Made by a program: the position numbers and the translations under genes
Shown: positions 18,011 through 27,453 of the stretch, one piece after another
Numbering within the stretch: position 1 is the first letter of the stretch
How the letters are laid out: each line of letters starts with the position of its first letter
From: an uncultured Clostridia bacterium
GTDB taxonomy: Bacteria; Bacillota; Clostridia; TANB77; CAG-508
Reading direction: 5' to 3'
Assembly: GCA_949482135.1 (NCBI GenBank)
Contig: CASYFC010000005.1
Span: forward strand, 26,469-90,468
DNA length: 64,000 bases
The notes under the pieces: model-generated
Told to the model about the DNA's origin: nothing
The model's database searches: none
The model's input: only the letters and a program-made list of their open reading frames with translations

Positions 18011-19195
18011 ATGATTTTTAGATGGATTTGTATGTTTTTTTCTGGCTATGTAACAGTTATTATAGAAGGATTTTTTGTAGAGCGATTCATAAATATATGT
18101 AAAAGTAATAATATTATTTTACTCGACATTGAAAGAGAGAATAGTACATATTTAAAAATTAAGATTTTAAAATCAGATTTTAAAGATATTAGACATATTG
18201 CAAAAAGAACCAAATGTAAAATAAAAATAGATAAAAAAAGTGGAATACCATTCTTTGTAAATAAATATAGAAAAAGAAAAGTATTTGCAATTGCTATTTT
18301 AGTAATTGCAATTTTTATTTTTATATCAACAAAGTTTGTTTGGAATATAGAAATTAATGGAAACGAAAAAATAGCAAAAGAAGAAATTTTAGAATTAGTT
18401 TCTGAATATGGAATAACAAAAGGAATATTAAAAAAGAAAATAGATACAGATAAAATTAGTAATTCAATAAGGCTTGAAAGAGATGATATTTCTTGGATAG
18501 GAATAACTTTAAAAGGAACAAATGCAATTATAAATATTAAAGAATCAATTGAAACTCCAGAAGTTATAGATAAAAACGAAATATGCAATATTGTGGCAAA
18601 TCGTGATGCTACAGTTTCAAAATTAGTTGTACATAGTGGAACTGCAAGAGTAGAAGTTGGAGATGAAGTAAAGGAGGGAGATCTCTTAGTTGAAGGAGTA
18701 ATGGAAGGAGTCCATTTAGGAAATAGAAATGTCCATGCAGATGCAATAGTAACTGGTAGTATAAATTTACAAAAAGAGAAAAAAGAAGAATTTATGCAAA
18801 CAAAAAAAGTAGAAACTGGAAATATGGAAATAAAAAGGGAAATTTGTATAAATAATTTTAAAATAAATTTAAATAAAAAGCTTTCAAATTTTGAAAATTA
18901 TGATACAATATATTCGAGTAATAGAATTAGGCTATTTTCTGATTTTTATTTACCAATTGAAATAAAAAAAACTGAGTATAAAGAAATAAAAAGTGAACTT
19001 CTAGAATATTCAGAAAGTGAACTAAAAGACAAATTGGAAAAAGAATTAGAAGAAGAAATGCAAAATGAATACAATATATCAAGTTATGAAAACAAAACAA
19101 AAGATGTAGAAGTAACTAAAGAACCAGATGGAATGAGTGTTAAATTAACTTATGAAATAAAAGAAGATATTGGTACAAAAGTTAAAATAAATTAG
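18011..19195 (+). CDS. yqfD: Stage IV sporulation protein YqfD
   Basis: N-terminal GYVTVIIEGFFVERFINICKSNNI signature, central TM, ~394 aa, conserved yqfC-yqfD synteny. Confidence 0.8.
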   Translation: MIFRWICMFFSGYVTVIIEGFFVERFINICKSNNIILLDIERENSTYLKIKILKSDFKDIRHIAKRTKCKIKIDKKSGIPFFVNKYRKRKVFAIAILVIAIFIFISTKFVWNIEINGNEKIAKEEILELVSEYGITKGILKKKIDTDKISNSIRLERDDISWIGITLKGTNAIINIKESIETPEVIDKNEICNIVANRDATVSKLVVHSGTARVEVGDEVKEGDLLVEGVMEGVHLGNRNVHADAIVTGSINLQKEKKEEFMQTKKVETGNMEIKREICINNFKINLNKKLSNFENYDTIYSSNRIRLFSDFYLPIEIKKTEYKEIKSELLEYSESELKDKLEKELEEEMQNEYNISSYENKTKDVEVTKEPDGMSVKLTYEIKEDIGTKVKIN

Positions 19196-19214
19196 ATGAA
19201 AGGGTGAAATAAAA

Positions 19215-20396
19215 GTGGTTGAAGAGAGAAGTTTAAAAGTTATTTCAAAAGATACAACCTTTTTCAATAAAGTATCTGATACTTTAACGAAATTATTAAT
19301 ACCTACAAGAATTGGTATTAATGGAATGATGATAAATTTAAAAAGAAGTAGTACAGTAAAATCTTATGAGCAATTTAAAATTTCTGAACAAGGAAATGAT
19401 GTTACTAAAACAGCCCAACTAAAAAATAGATATGAAGAAAGTTTTACATTATATTTGGAATCTATAGATAAACATATAATGGATTCAATTTATAAAAAAG
19501 TAAAAAATAATACAGCATCAGATTTTGAGAGAAATGCTTTAGCAAATTACTATAATGTAGTTCATTTAAAAGAAACAGAATATCTAGAGTATAAATATAG
19601 AAAACAAAAGTTTTTATTAGATTTAGATTATCAAAGTTTATCTGCTAATAATAAGGAAAAAATACTAAAAAAATATACTCCAATATATGTGGAAAGAATA
19701 GATAGCTTATATAAAGGAATATTGAAAAATTATTCTGTAAAATTAGCTGATGGACTAAAAGCTACAAGAATAAATCAGTTAGAAATTTATAAAAATATTT
19801 TCTTAACATTAGAAGATTATATAAAAAATGTTTTACCAATAAAAATTGAACTAGAAGGTAAAGAAAAATATTCAAAAATACTTGATGAATATGAAGAATA
19901 TGAGAAATTTGTTGTTGGTAAATTAGATGAAAGGGATTTCCTAGAAAAAAATATGATTTTACTAGGATTAAGTAGAGTGCTATTCACACACTCTTTACCA
20001 CTTGTTGCAGCTGAACAATGCTACAATAAATTACTTAGAGATACAAGAAATTTAATATCAACTACAAAAATAAAAACGAAAAAAGAAGAAGTCTATAAAA
20101 TGCTATTAAAGCTTATTGAAGATTATAATGTTAAATTATTATCAACAAAAGTTTATTGGGATAAACCAGTAGAAAGAGATGCATATAAAAAATTCTGGGA
20201 TGCATATAGTAAATCAAATTCAGACAAAGAAAAAGAAATATTATCTTTAAAAAGAGAATTGCATGATACATCTTATGAATACGAGAAATATGCAGAAATA
20301 AGAAAATTTTATAAAGATAAATTATGTGATTTAGGAGTAATGAAAAAATTAAAGAATTCAAGAAAGACTTTAGATGGATATTTTACAAAATTATAA
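19215..20396 (+). CDS. K/E-rich hypothetical protein (393 aa) in the slot normally occupied by phoH/pgpH
   Basis: GTG start after AAGGGTGA. No P-loop, HD or TM features visible. Confidence 0.55.
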   Translation: MVEERSLKVISKDTTFFNKVSDTLTKLLIPTRIGINGMMINLKRSSTVKSYEQFKISEQGNDVTKTAQLKNRYEESFTLYLESIDKHIMDSIYKKVKNNTASDFERNALANYYNVVHLKETEYLEYKYRKQKFLLDLDYQSLSANNKEKILKKYTPIYVERIDSLYKGILKNYSVKLADGLKATRINQLEIYKNIFLTLEDYIKNVLPIKIELEGKEKYSKILDEYEEYEKFVVGKLDERDFLEKNMILLGLSRVLFTHSLPLVAAEQCYNKLLRDTRNLISTTKIKTKKEEVYKMLLKLIEDYNVKLLSTKVYWDKPVERDAYKKFWDAYSKSNSDKEKEILSLKRELHDTSYEYEKYAEIRKFYKDKLCDLGVMKKLKNSRKTLDGYFTKL

Positions 20397-20411
20397 TTAT
20401 AAGAGGTTTTT

Positions 20412-20879
20412 ATGAAAGCAGAAATTGAATATTTAGAATTAGAAGAAAATAAAGAGTGGAATGATTTAATAGAAAAAGTTATTACCAAATGTTTTGAAAT
20501 AGAGAACATGAATGATTTTAAACTATATATTAGTGTAACATTAACAAATCCTGAGAACATAAGAAAACTAAATAAACAATATAGAGATATTGATAAAGAA
20601 ACAGATGTACTTTCATTTCCAATATTTGAAAAAGATGAAATTGCAAATCTTAAAAAATTAGAATATGAAGAAGCTCTTGGAGATATAGTTGTATCAATAG
20701 AAAGAGTAAAACAGCAAGCTGTTGAATATGGACATAGTTTTGAAAGAGAACTTAGCTATATGTTGGTACATGGATTTTATCATCTAATGGGAGAAGATCA
20801 TATAAAAGAAGAGGACAAGGTAATAATGAGATCTAAGGAGGAGAATGTTCTAGAACAACTAAATATTGTAAGGGAATAG
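20412..20879 (+). CDS. ybeY: rRNA maturation endoribonuclease YbeY
   Basis: Zinc motif LVHGFYHLMGEDH, ~155 aa, conserved position before dgkA/era. Confidence 0.9.
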   Translation: MKAEIEYLELEENKEWNDLIEKVITKCFEIENMNDFKLYISVTLTNPENIRKLNKQYRDIDKETDVLSFPIFEKDEIANLKKLEYEEALGDIVVSIERVKQQAVEYGHSFERELSYMLVHGFYHLMGEDHIKEEDKVIMRSKEENVLEQLNIVRE

Positions 20880-20886
20880 TTAAACT

Positions 20887-21264
20887 ATGAATAATAAATG
20901 GAAAAACCAAAATTTTATTTCAGCATTAAAAAATGCATTTAATGGAATAATATATACATTTAAAACTCAAAGAAATTTAAAAATACAACTAGTAATTAGT
21001 ATAATAGCTATTTTTGCAGGAATTATTTTTAAAATTAGTATTTTAGAGTGGGCTATAGTTACTGTAATAATTTTTATGGTATTTTTTTCCGAACTATTAA
21101 ACACAGTAGTAGAAACAATCGTAGATATGATTACAACAGAATATAATGAAAATGCCAAAATAGCAAAAGATATATCAGCAGGAGCTGTTACTTTAGTATC
21201 ATTTGCTTCAGTAGTTATTGGAATATTAATTTTTTTACCAAAAATATTAGAAATTATATATTAA
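20887..21264 (+). CDS. dgkA: Diacylglycerol/undecaprenol kinase, DgkA family
   Basis: 125 aa, three TM segments, N-terminal ALKNAFNGIIYTFKTQRNLKIQ, typical prokaryotic DAGK. Confidence 0.85.
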   Translation: MNNKWKNQNFISALKNAFNGIIYTFKTQRNLKIQLVISIIAIFAGIIFKISILEWAIVTVIIFMVFFSELLNTVVETIVDMITTEYNENAKIAKDISAGAVTLVSFASVVIGILIFLPKILEIIY

Positions 21265-21276
21265 AAGGAGTTACAT

Positions 21277-22386
21277 ATGAAAAAGAAAAAAAGTAAAAAA
21301 AGTGAACAAAAGTTAGTAACAATTTTGGTTATTATTTTAGTTGTAATAGCAATTTATGCTTTATCAACAGTTGTACCAGAAAAGAATTCTACAAATCCAG
21401 CAGAAGATATTGCAAATTTTGAAACAGAGCAAGTATCAAATGATGATAGAGAAAAAGAGCCAGTTCCAGAAGTAAAATCTAATATAAAAATATTTAATGG
21501 AACAGATAGATCAATTGCTTTTATGATAGATAACAATAAAAATGCTCAACCACAAGCTTCTATAAATTCTACATATATGGTTTATGAAATAATTGTAGAG
21601 GGTGGAGAAACAAGATTAATGGCATTGTTTAAAGGAAAAGATGCTGATCAAGTAGGACCAATTAGAAGTTCAAGACATTATTTCTTAGATTATGCAATGG
21701 AAAATGATGCAATATATGCACATTTAGGAATGAGCCCACAAGCTGGAGAAGCAATCCAAAAATATGGAATTAATAATATAAATGGACAAGCATATGATAC
21801 AGGTAAGGCAAGAACAGAAAGCTCATTATATTGGAGAGCAACACATAAAAAAGCTCCACATAATGCATATACCAATACTAACTCAATTATTAAAATTGCT
21901 AAGGATAAAGGATATAAAACCACTTCAAATCAAAAAAGTGTTTTAAATTATAGTTCAGAGGAAATTAATTTAGAAAAAGAAAATGCAATTGTAGCAAATA
22001 CAATTACTATTCCATATACATCAAGTCATAAAGTAAAATATGAATATAACGAGAAAACAAAAAGATATACAAGATATTCAAAAGGAAAAGTTATGTCTGA
22101 TGAAATGTCAAAAGAAAATATTACAACAAAAAATATTATAATTACATTTGCTGAAAACTATACTTTAGATGATGGAGAAAACAAAGGAAGACAAGATGTT
22201 GTAACAGTTGGGAATTTAGATGGATATTATATTACAAATGGAAAAGCAATAAAAATTAAATGTAATAAATCTGATAGAAAATCACAAACTAAATATGTAG
22301 ATTTAGAAGGTAATGAAATAAATGTAAATGATGGAAATACATGGGTTAATGTATGTCCAATCGACAGCAATGTAGTTATAGAATAA
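21277..22386 (+). CDS. DUF3048 (YerB-like) exported protein
   Basis: Signal anchor, then IAFMIDNNKNAQPQASINSTYMVYEIIVEGGETRLMALF, characteristic of the DUF3048 family. Confidence 0.65.
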   Translation: MKKKKSKKSEQKLVTILVIILVVIAIYALSTVVPEKNSTNPAEDIANFETEQVSNDDREKEPVPEVKSNIKIFNGTDRSIAFMIDNNKNAQPQASINSTYMVYEIIVEGGETRLMALFKGKDADQVGPIRSSRHYFLDYAMENDAIYAHLGMSPQAGEAIQKYGINNINGQAYDTGKARTESSLYWRATHKKAPHNAYTNTNSIIKIAKDKGYKTTSNQKSVLNYSSEEINLEKENAIVANTITIPYTSSHKVKYEYNEKTKRYTRYSKGKVMSDEMSKENITTKNIIITFAENYTLDDGENKGRQDVVTVGNLDGYYITNGKAIKIKCNKSDRKSQTKYVDLEGNEINVNDGNTWVNVCPIDSNVVIE

Positions 22387-22420
22387 TAGGAGGAATTAGC
22401 TAAAAGCTAAAATTTATAAA

Positions 22421-23323
22421 ATGGGAGAATTTAAATCAGGATTTGTATCACTAGTAGGTAGAACAAATGTAGGAAAATCGACTTTATTAAATAGTTTGGC
22501 AAAAGAAAAAATTGCTATAACTGCAAACAAAGTTCAAACTACAAGAACAGCAATAAAAGCAATTTTAAATAATGATAATTATCAAATAATAATTACAGAT
22601 ACGCCAGGTATTCATAAGCCAAAAACAAAATTAGGGCAAACAATGGTAGATACTGCATTTACAATGTTTTCTGAAGTGGATGTTATATTATTCTTAATAG
22701 AAGCAGATTCTACTGAAATAGGAAGAGGAGATAGAAGAATACTAGATAAAATAATAGAAAGCAAAAAACCATGTATATTAGTAATAAATAAGATTGATTT
22801 AATACAAAAAGACAAATTGTTGAATTTAATAAATCTATATAGTAAAGAGTATAACTTTAGTGCTGTAATTCCAATATCAGCTACTAAAAAAGATGGTATA
22901 GATAATATTATTGATGAAGTATTAAAATTATTACCAGAAGGTCCAAAATATTATGCAGATGATGAATACACAGATCAAACAATGAGACAAATGGCAGAAG
23001 AAGCAATAAGAGAAAAAGCTTTAAAATTTTTAAATGATGAAGTACCACATGGCATTTACATAGAAGTAGAAGAATTTAAAGATAGATTAACAACAAAAGG
23101 TGAGCAAATATATGATATTAGTGCAACAATATATTGTTTAAGAGAATCTCACAAGGGAATTATAATTGGAAAAGGTGGAAATCTATTAAAGAAAATTGCT
23201 ACATATGCAAGACAAGATTTAGAAAAACAATTTGACTCAAAAATAAATTTAAAAGTTTGGGTTAAGGTAAAAGAAGATTGGCAAGAAAAAGATAATATTG
23301 TTAATAAATTTAAGTTTAAATAA
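22421..23323 (+). CDS. era: GTPase Era
   Basis: G1 GRTNVGKST, G3 DTPG, G4 NKID, C-terminal KH domain (HKGIIIGKGG). Confidence 0.95.
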   Translation: MGEFKSGFVSLVGRTNVGKSTLLNSLAKEKIAITANKVQTTRTAIKAILNNDNYQIIITDTPGIHKPKTKLGQTMVDTAFTMFSEVDVILFLIEADSTEIGRGDRRILDKIIESKKPCILVINKIDLIQKDKLLNLINLYSKEYNFSAVIPISATKKDGIDNIIDEVLKLLPEGPKYYADDEYTDQTMRQMAEEAIREKALKFLNDEVPHGIYIEVEEFKDRLTTKGEQIYDISATIYCLRESHKGIIIGKGGNLLKKIATYARQDLEKQFDSKINLKVWVKVKEDWQEKDNIVNKFKFK

Positions 23324-23395
23324 CTGAAATGGATAAACTTTAGAATAATACTCTAAATTTTACAAAAGATAAAGTTAGATAAGGAGGGAACTTTT

Positions 23396-23548
23396 ATGAT
23401 TAAGAAATTAGCATGGGACACTTTTAAGCAAACTGGTAGTATAAACTCTTATCTAGAATTTAAAGAATTAAAAAATATAGAAGAAACTATGAAGGTAACA
23501 ATAGATGAAGCAAATAAAGGTAAATGGGATTATAATATCAGAAAATAA
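23396..23548 (+). CDS. yqzL: YqzL-family small protein (50 aa)
   Basis: AAGGAGGGA SD. MIKKLAWDTFKQTGSINSYLEFKELK resembles YqzL, which lies between era and recO in Bacillus. Absent from the ORF track because it is short. Confidence 0.55.
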   Translation: MIKKLAWDTFKQTGSINSYLEFKELKNIEETMKVTIDEANKGKWDYNIRK

Positions 23549-24233
23549 TATGGGGGATTTTGATAAAATGCTTACACTTTTAACACCTAACTTGGGTAAA
23601 ATTTCGTGTAGTGCAAAAGGCTCAAGAAGACCCAAAAGCCTTTTATTAAGTGGAAGTCAATTTTTGTGTTTTGGAGAATATATGTTGTTTAAAGGCTCTG
23701 AAACATATACTATGAATTCTTGTGAAACAATAGAACTTTTTTATAATATAAGAACAGATTTAGATAAGCTAACATATGCAACATATATAACCAAAATAGT
23801 ATCTGATGTAACGACAGAAAATCAAAATAGTTTTAATACATTAAAACTATTTTTAAACACACTTTATATGATTTCGGAAACGGATAAAAACTTAGATTTT
23901 ATTACATCAATATTTAAAATTAGAATGCTCAAAATATTAGGATTCACGCCAAACATAAGAGAGTGTGTTTCTTGTAAAAGCAAAGAAAATTTAAAGTATT
24001 TTAGTATAAAAGACAATGGGTTTAAATGCTCTAATTGTAGCAAACAAGATACAGGAAGTGTTGAAATGAGTGAGGCAACTAAAAATGCTATAATATATAT
24101 TTTAAAAGCAGATCCAAAGAAAATATTTTCATTTGAACTTTCAGAAAATTGTCAAAAAGAATTAGAATTAATTTCAAGTATTTACTTAAACGAAAAATTA
24201 GATAAAGAATATAAATTAGAAAAGTTATTTTAA
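23505..24233 (+). CDS. recO: DNA repair protein RecO
   Basis: N-terminal OB-fold pattern GIIISENNMGDFDKMLTLLTPNLGKISCSAKGSRRPKS and Zn finger CVSC...CSNC. Overlaps yqzL by 44 nt. Confidence 0.9.
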   Translation: MKQIKVNGIIISENNMGDFDKMLTLLTPNLGKISCSAKGSRRPKSLLLSGSQFLCFGEYMLFKGSETYTMNSCETIELFYNIRTDLDKLTYATYITKIVSDVTTENQNSFNTLKLFLNTLYMISETDKNLDFITSIFKIRMLKILGFTPNIRECVSCKSKENLKYFSIKDNGFKCSNCSKQDTGSVEMSEATKNAIIYILKADPKKIFSFELSENCQKELELISSIYLNEKLDKEYKLEKLF

Positions 24234-24240
24234 AATATGG

Positions 24241-24269
24241 TTGCAAAATTTAAAATTTATTTATATAAT
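24241..24269 (+). promoter_or_regulatory. Sigma-A-type promoter upstream of hpf
   Basis: TTGCAA, 17 nt, TATAAT, located ~120 nt upstream of the hpf ATG. Confidence 0.55.
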
Positions 24270-24388
24270 TAACTAGCAAATAAACAATGCAAAAAAATAT
24301 GTCTTTCTTGTTGTCTCAACTTCAAGGATTACAAAATAATCGTTGAAATGCAGATTACAAGCGAAGTAAAGTAAAGGAAGTGTGTAAT

Positions 24389-24925
24389 ATGAATATAACA
24401 ATTACAGGAAAAGAACTTAAAGCTACAGATGCAATTAAAGAATATGCTGAAAAAAAATTAGCAAGAATTGAAAAATACTTTGGAGAAGAAGCAATAGATG
24501 CAACTGTTACAATTAAAAAAGAACATGTTGCTAGCGAAATCGCAGAAATGTATGTTTCAGTTAAAGGAATGTCTTATAAAGCAGTAACAGAAGATAAAGA
24601 TTTATATGCTGCTATAGATAAAGATATAGATATATTAGAAGGTCAAATAAGAAAAACAAAAGCTAAAAAAGAAAAAATGCAAAAGGATTCTTCAATTAAG
24701 CAAATGAACTTAAGTGGAGTTGAAGAAAGCAAAATTGAAGATGAAATAGTAAAATCTATTGCATATGATTTAAAACCAATTTCTGTAGAAGATGCAAAAA
24801 TTAAATTAACAGAAAGAAAAGGAAACATATTCTTTACATTTGTTAATGTAGATACAGGAAAAGTAAATGTAATCTTTAAATTAAAAGATTCTAATAATTA
24901 CGGATTAGTTGAGCCAGAGGCTTAA
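24389..24925 (+). CDS. hpf: Ribosome hibernation-promoting factor, long form
   Basis: MNITITGKELKATDAIKEYAEKKLARIEKYF N-domain plus C-terminal dimerisation domain. ATG 24389 lies behind AAAGGAAG. Confidence 0.9.
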   Translation: MNITITGKELKATDAIKEYAEKKLARIEKYFGEEAIDATVTIKKEHVASEIAEMYVSVKGMSYKAVTEDKDLYAAIDKDIDILEGQIRKTKAKKEKMQKDSSIKQMNLSGVEESKIEDEIVKSIAYDLKPISVEDAKIKLTERKGNIFFTFVNVDTGKVNVIFKLKDSNNYGLVEPEA

Positions 24926-24935
24926 GATAGAAAAT

Positions 24936-24966
24936 AAAAGGCAATTAAATGCCTTTTATTTTTTTC
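24936..24966 (+). terminator. Intrinsic terminator after hpf
   Basis: AAAAGGCA/TGCCTTTT stem followed by a T-run. Confidence 0.7.
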
Positions 24967-25129
24967 CAAAAATTACTTGTTTAAAAATTTTAAAAATACA
25001 CATTATATAATTAGAAATTGCATTTGATTATTTTTAAATATTTAATCACTCAATTTAAAATTTTAAATTGAATGATTAGCTATTTGATAATAAATGCTTT
25101 TTCAGAGTAATTTTGGAGGTGAATTTAAA

Positions 25130-25330
25130 ATGGCAAGAAGTAATAAAAACGTAGTTCCAGAAGCTATGGATTCATTAGAAAGATTCAAATATGAAGTAGC
25201 TAGTGAAGTAGGTGTTAACTTAAAAAACGGTTATAACGGAAATATATCTGCAAGAGATGCTGGTAAAATCGGTGGTAACATGGTTAGAAAATTAATCGAA
25301 CAAGCTGAAAATCAAATGGCTAACAAATAA
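25130..25330 (+). CDS. Alpha/beta-type small acid-soluble spore protein
   Basis: MARSNKNVVPEAMDSLERFKYEVASEVGV...GNISARDAGKIGGNMVRKLIEQAE is the canonical SASP alpha/beta signature. GGAGGTG SD. Confidence 0.9.
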   Translation: MARSNKNVVPEAMDSLERFKYEVASEVGVNLKNGYNGNISARDAGKIGGNMVRKLIEQAENQMANK

Positions 25331-25348
25331 GTAAAATTTAATAATAGT

Positions 25349-25386
25349 AAGGAGCAGGAGGAAACTCTAGCTCCTTATTTTTTATT
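25349..25386 (+). terminator. Intrinsic terminator after the SASP gene
   Basis: AAGGAGC/GCTCCTT stem plus a T-run. Confidence 0.7.
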
Positions 25387-25396
25387 TATTTTAATG

Positions 25397-25424
25397 TTGT
25401 CAAATAAAAGTTTAATGATATAAT
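25397..25424 (+). promoter_or_regulatory. Sigma-A-type promoter with extended -10, upstream of the Cof-type gene
   Basis: TTGTCA, 16 nt, TGaTATAAT. Confidence 0.5.
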
Positions 25425-25455
25425 ATGAACGTATTAACAAAGGAGAAGTAGAAAA

Positions 25456-26331
25456 ATGTATAAATTTGTAGCAATTGATTTAGATGGAACATTATTAAAT
25501 TCATATGGAGAAGTAACCAAAGATACTAAAGAAGCTTTATTAAAAGCTAAAAGTCAAGGAGTAGAAATTGTGTTGTCTTCTGGAAGACCAATTAGTTCTA
25601 CAGAAAGTTTAGCTAAAGAGCTTGGTGTAGATAATTACTTAATTTCTGGAAATGGTGCAGCTGTGTATGATATAAAAAATCAAAAGTTAATAAGAGATAG
25701 ATTTTTATCAAAAGAGCAAGTTTTAAATATTGCCAAATTATGTGAAGAAAACAGTTTCTTCTATAATGTTTATACAGAAGATGAAGTTATTGCAAATTCA
25801 TTAAATTATAATGTTTTATTTTATCATAAAGAAAATTTAAAGAAGATAGAAGAAAAAAGAACACATATAAATATTGTGCAAAACATTGAAAAATATATAG
25901 AAGATTCTGGCAAAGAAAAATTTCTAAAAATAACTGTTTGTGATGAATCTCAATTTATTTTTAATAGTATAATGAAAAGATTAAAATTAATCGATGGAAT
26001 TGACGTATTAGAAACAGAATATATGTCAAGAAAAAAAATAAAGTCTGGTACTGAAGATGTTAATATTCAATACTTTTATACAGAAGTTACTAATAAAAAT
26101 GTTAATAAATGGTCTGCAATAGAATTTCTTTTAAAGGAATTGAATATAAATAAAGAAGAGGTTGTTGCGATAGGAGATAATATGAATGATATTGAAATGA
26201 TACAAAATGCAGGGCTAGGTATTGTAATGGGAAACAGCAATCCTAAAATGAAGGAAATTGCAGATGAAATTGTTTCAGATAACAATTCAGAAGGGGTTTT
26301 GGAAGCATTTAACAAATTTATATTAAAGTAA
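25456..26331 (+). CDS. Cof-type HAD-IIB phosphatase
   Basis: Motif I FVAIDLDGTLLNS, SSGRP, C-terminal GDNMNDIEMIQNAGLGIVMGNS. Confidence 0.85.
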   Translation: MYKFVAIDLDGTLLNSYGEVTKDTKEALLKAKSQGVEIVLSSGRPISSTESLAKELGVDNYLISGNGAAVYDIKNQKLIRDRFLSKEQVLNIAKLCEENSFFYNVYTEDEVIANSLNYNVLFYHKENLKKIEEKRTHINIVQNIEKYIEDSGKEKFLKITVCDESQFIFNSIMKRLKLIDGIDVLETEYMSRKKIKSGTEDVNIQYFYTEVTNKNVNKWSAIEFLLKELNINKEEVVAIGDNMNDIEMIQNAGLGIVMGNSNPKMKEIADEIVSDNNSEGVLEAFNKFILK

Positions 26332-26401
26332 TATTACGATTGTATTACAGCAAAAATAAGTTTATATTACAACAAGACAATTTGTTGATTTAACACCATT
26401 C

Positions 26402-26430
26402 TTGTTGTAAAATAAAGAAAATGGTATCTT
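26402..26430 (+). promoter_or_regulatory. Candidate promoter of the Tad-like operon
   Basis: TTGTTG, 17 nt, TGgTATCTT. The -35 overlaps the right arm of a 10-bp inverted repeat. Confidence 0.35.
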
Positions 26431-26478
26431 GAGAAGATGCCACAAATTATTTTTTATGTTATTGAGGAGGAACTTGAA

Positions 26479-27429
26479 ATGGCAATGAATCCAATGCAAA
26501 GAAGAGCTAGAACATCTTTTATTATAGGTTTTTTAGTGGCATTAATTATGGGAGCTTTAGTTGTAGTAGCTCTATTAGTAAAAATAAAAGGTATAAATGA
26601 AGCTAAAGAAGCTATAGAAGCTTTACAAAAACAAGTATATGTTGCGTCAGCTGATTTAACATCTGGACAAGAAGTTACTTTAGAAGATGATTTTTCAATG
26701 GGAACAGTTCAAACTGTTGTTCCAACAGATGCAATGATAAGTGCTGACGATTTTTCTGAGCTTGTAGAAGAAGATGGTGAAGAATTTGAAATTGCTAAAA
26801 AAGTGTATATGAAAATAGATGTTCCAGCAGGAACAATTATAACAAAAGATATGATAGAGACTGCTGATGATAAATTAGAGGATTCACAAAGAATTCAAGA
26901 ATTTAATATGATTAATTTACCATCACAATTAAAAAATGGTGAGTACATAGATGTAAGAGTAACATATCCAAACGGACAAGACTTTATAGTATTATCAAAG
27001 AAAAAAGTTATAGGAACAAATGCTACATCAGTATGGTTAAAATTAAATGAATTAGAATTAAGTATATTAAACAATGCAATTGTTGAATCATATATGGCTA
27101 TTGGTGCCAAATTATATGCTATAGAATATGTAGAACCAGGATTACAAAAAGAAGCAACACCTACTTATGTTGCAAGTCAAGAGGCTATGAATTTAATTAA
27201 TAAAAATCCTAATATTTTACAAGAACTTAAAGAAGAATATGCAAATAATGTAGTAGGATTTTCAGAGTATAGAGCAACAACAATTCAATCATTGTTGGAT
27301 GTAAATATGGATAATCGTGATGCATTAGTTAGTGCTGGAAATGCAAATGAACAACAAAAAGTTCAAGCTTTAAGACAAGAATATGTAAAAGCATTAGAGG
27401 GAAGCGAAGATATAGGATATAATCAATAA
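26479..27429 (+). CDS. CpaB/RcpC-like (SAF-domain) pilus assembly protein
   Basis: GAGGAGG SD before ATG 26479. N-terminal TM, then VYVASADLTSGQEVTLEDDF (SAF-like). First gene of a TadZ/TadA/TadBC cluster. Confidence 0.5.
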   Translation: MAMNPMQRRARTSFIIGFLVALIMGALVVVALLVKIKGINEAKEAIEALQKQVYVASADLTSGQEVTLEDDFSMGTVQTVVPTDAMISADDFSELVEEDGEEFEIAKKVYMKIDVPAGTIITKDMIETADDKLEDSQRIQEFNMINLPSQLKNGEYIDVRVTYPNGQDFIVLSKKKVIGTNATSVWLKLNELELSILNNAIVESYMAIGAKLYAIEYVEPGLQKEATPTYVASQEAMNLINKNPNILQELKEEYANNVVGFSEYRATTIQSLLDVNMDNRDALVSAGNANEQQKVQALRQEYVKALEGSEDIGYNQ

Positions 27430-27453
27430 AATATATGCATATGGAGGATATTT

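Noticed and set aside
18046-18588. Antisense 180-aa ORF opposite yqfD
   Set aside because: It is a shadow ORF typical of AT-rich DNA, and yqfD on the + strand has family-specific motifs. Other short antisense or alternative-frame track ORFs were rejected likewise: 420..635, 2614..2916, 4739..4936, 14765..15145, 15484..15801, 16253..16686, 20131..20560, 20967..21158, 21354..21923, 22612..22815, 24643..24828, 26076..26315, 26895..27110, 30654..30896, 32129..32338, 32729..32920, 40617..40949, 47328..47534, 51188..51379, 54327..54530, 55240..55793, 59556..61129, 62376..62618, 63416..63797.
22386-22421. Small hairpin TTAGCT-AAA-AGCTAA between the SD-like AGGAGGA and the era ATG as a regulatory element
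   Set aside because: The stem is only 6 bp in an AT-rich context, with no supporting feature, so it is probably fortuitous.
25000-25129. Sigma-G promoter upstream of the SASP gene
   Set aside because: It is expected biologically, but I could not find a convincing GnATR-N17/18-CATnnTA match by eye.
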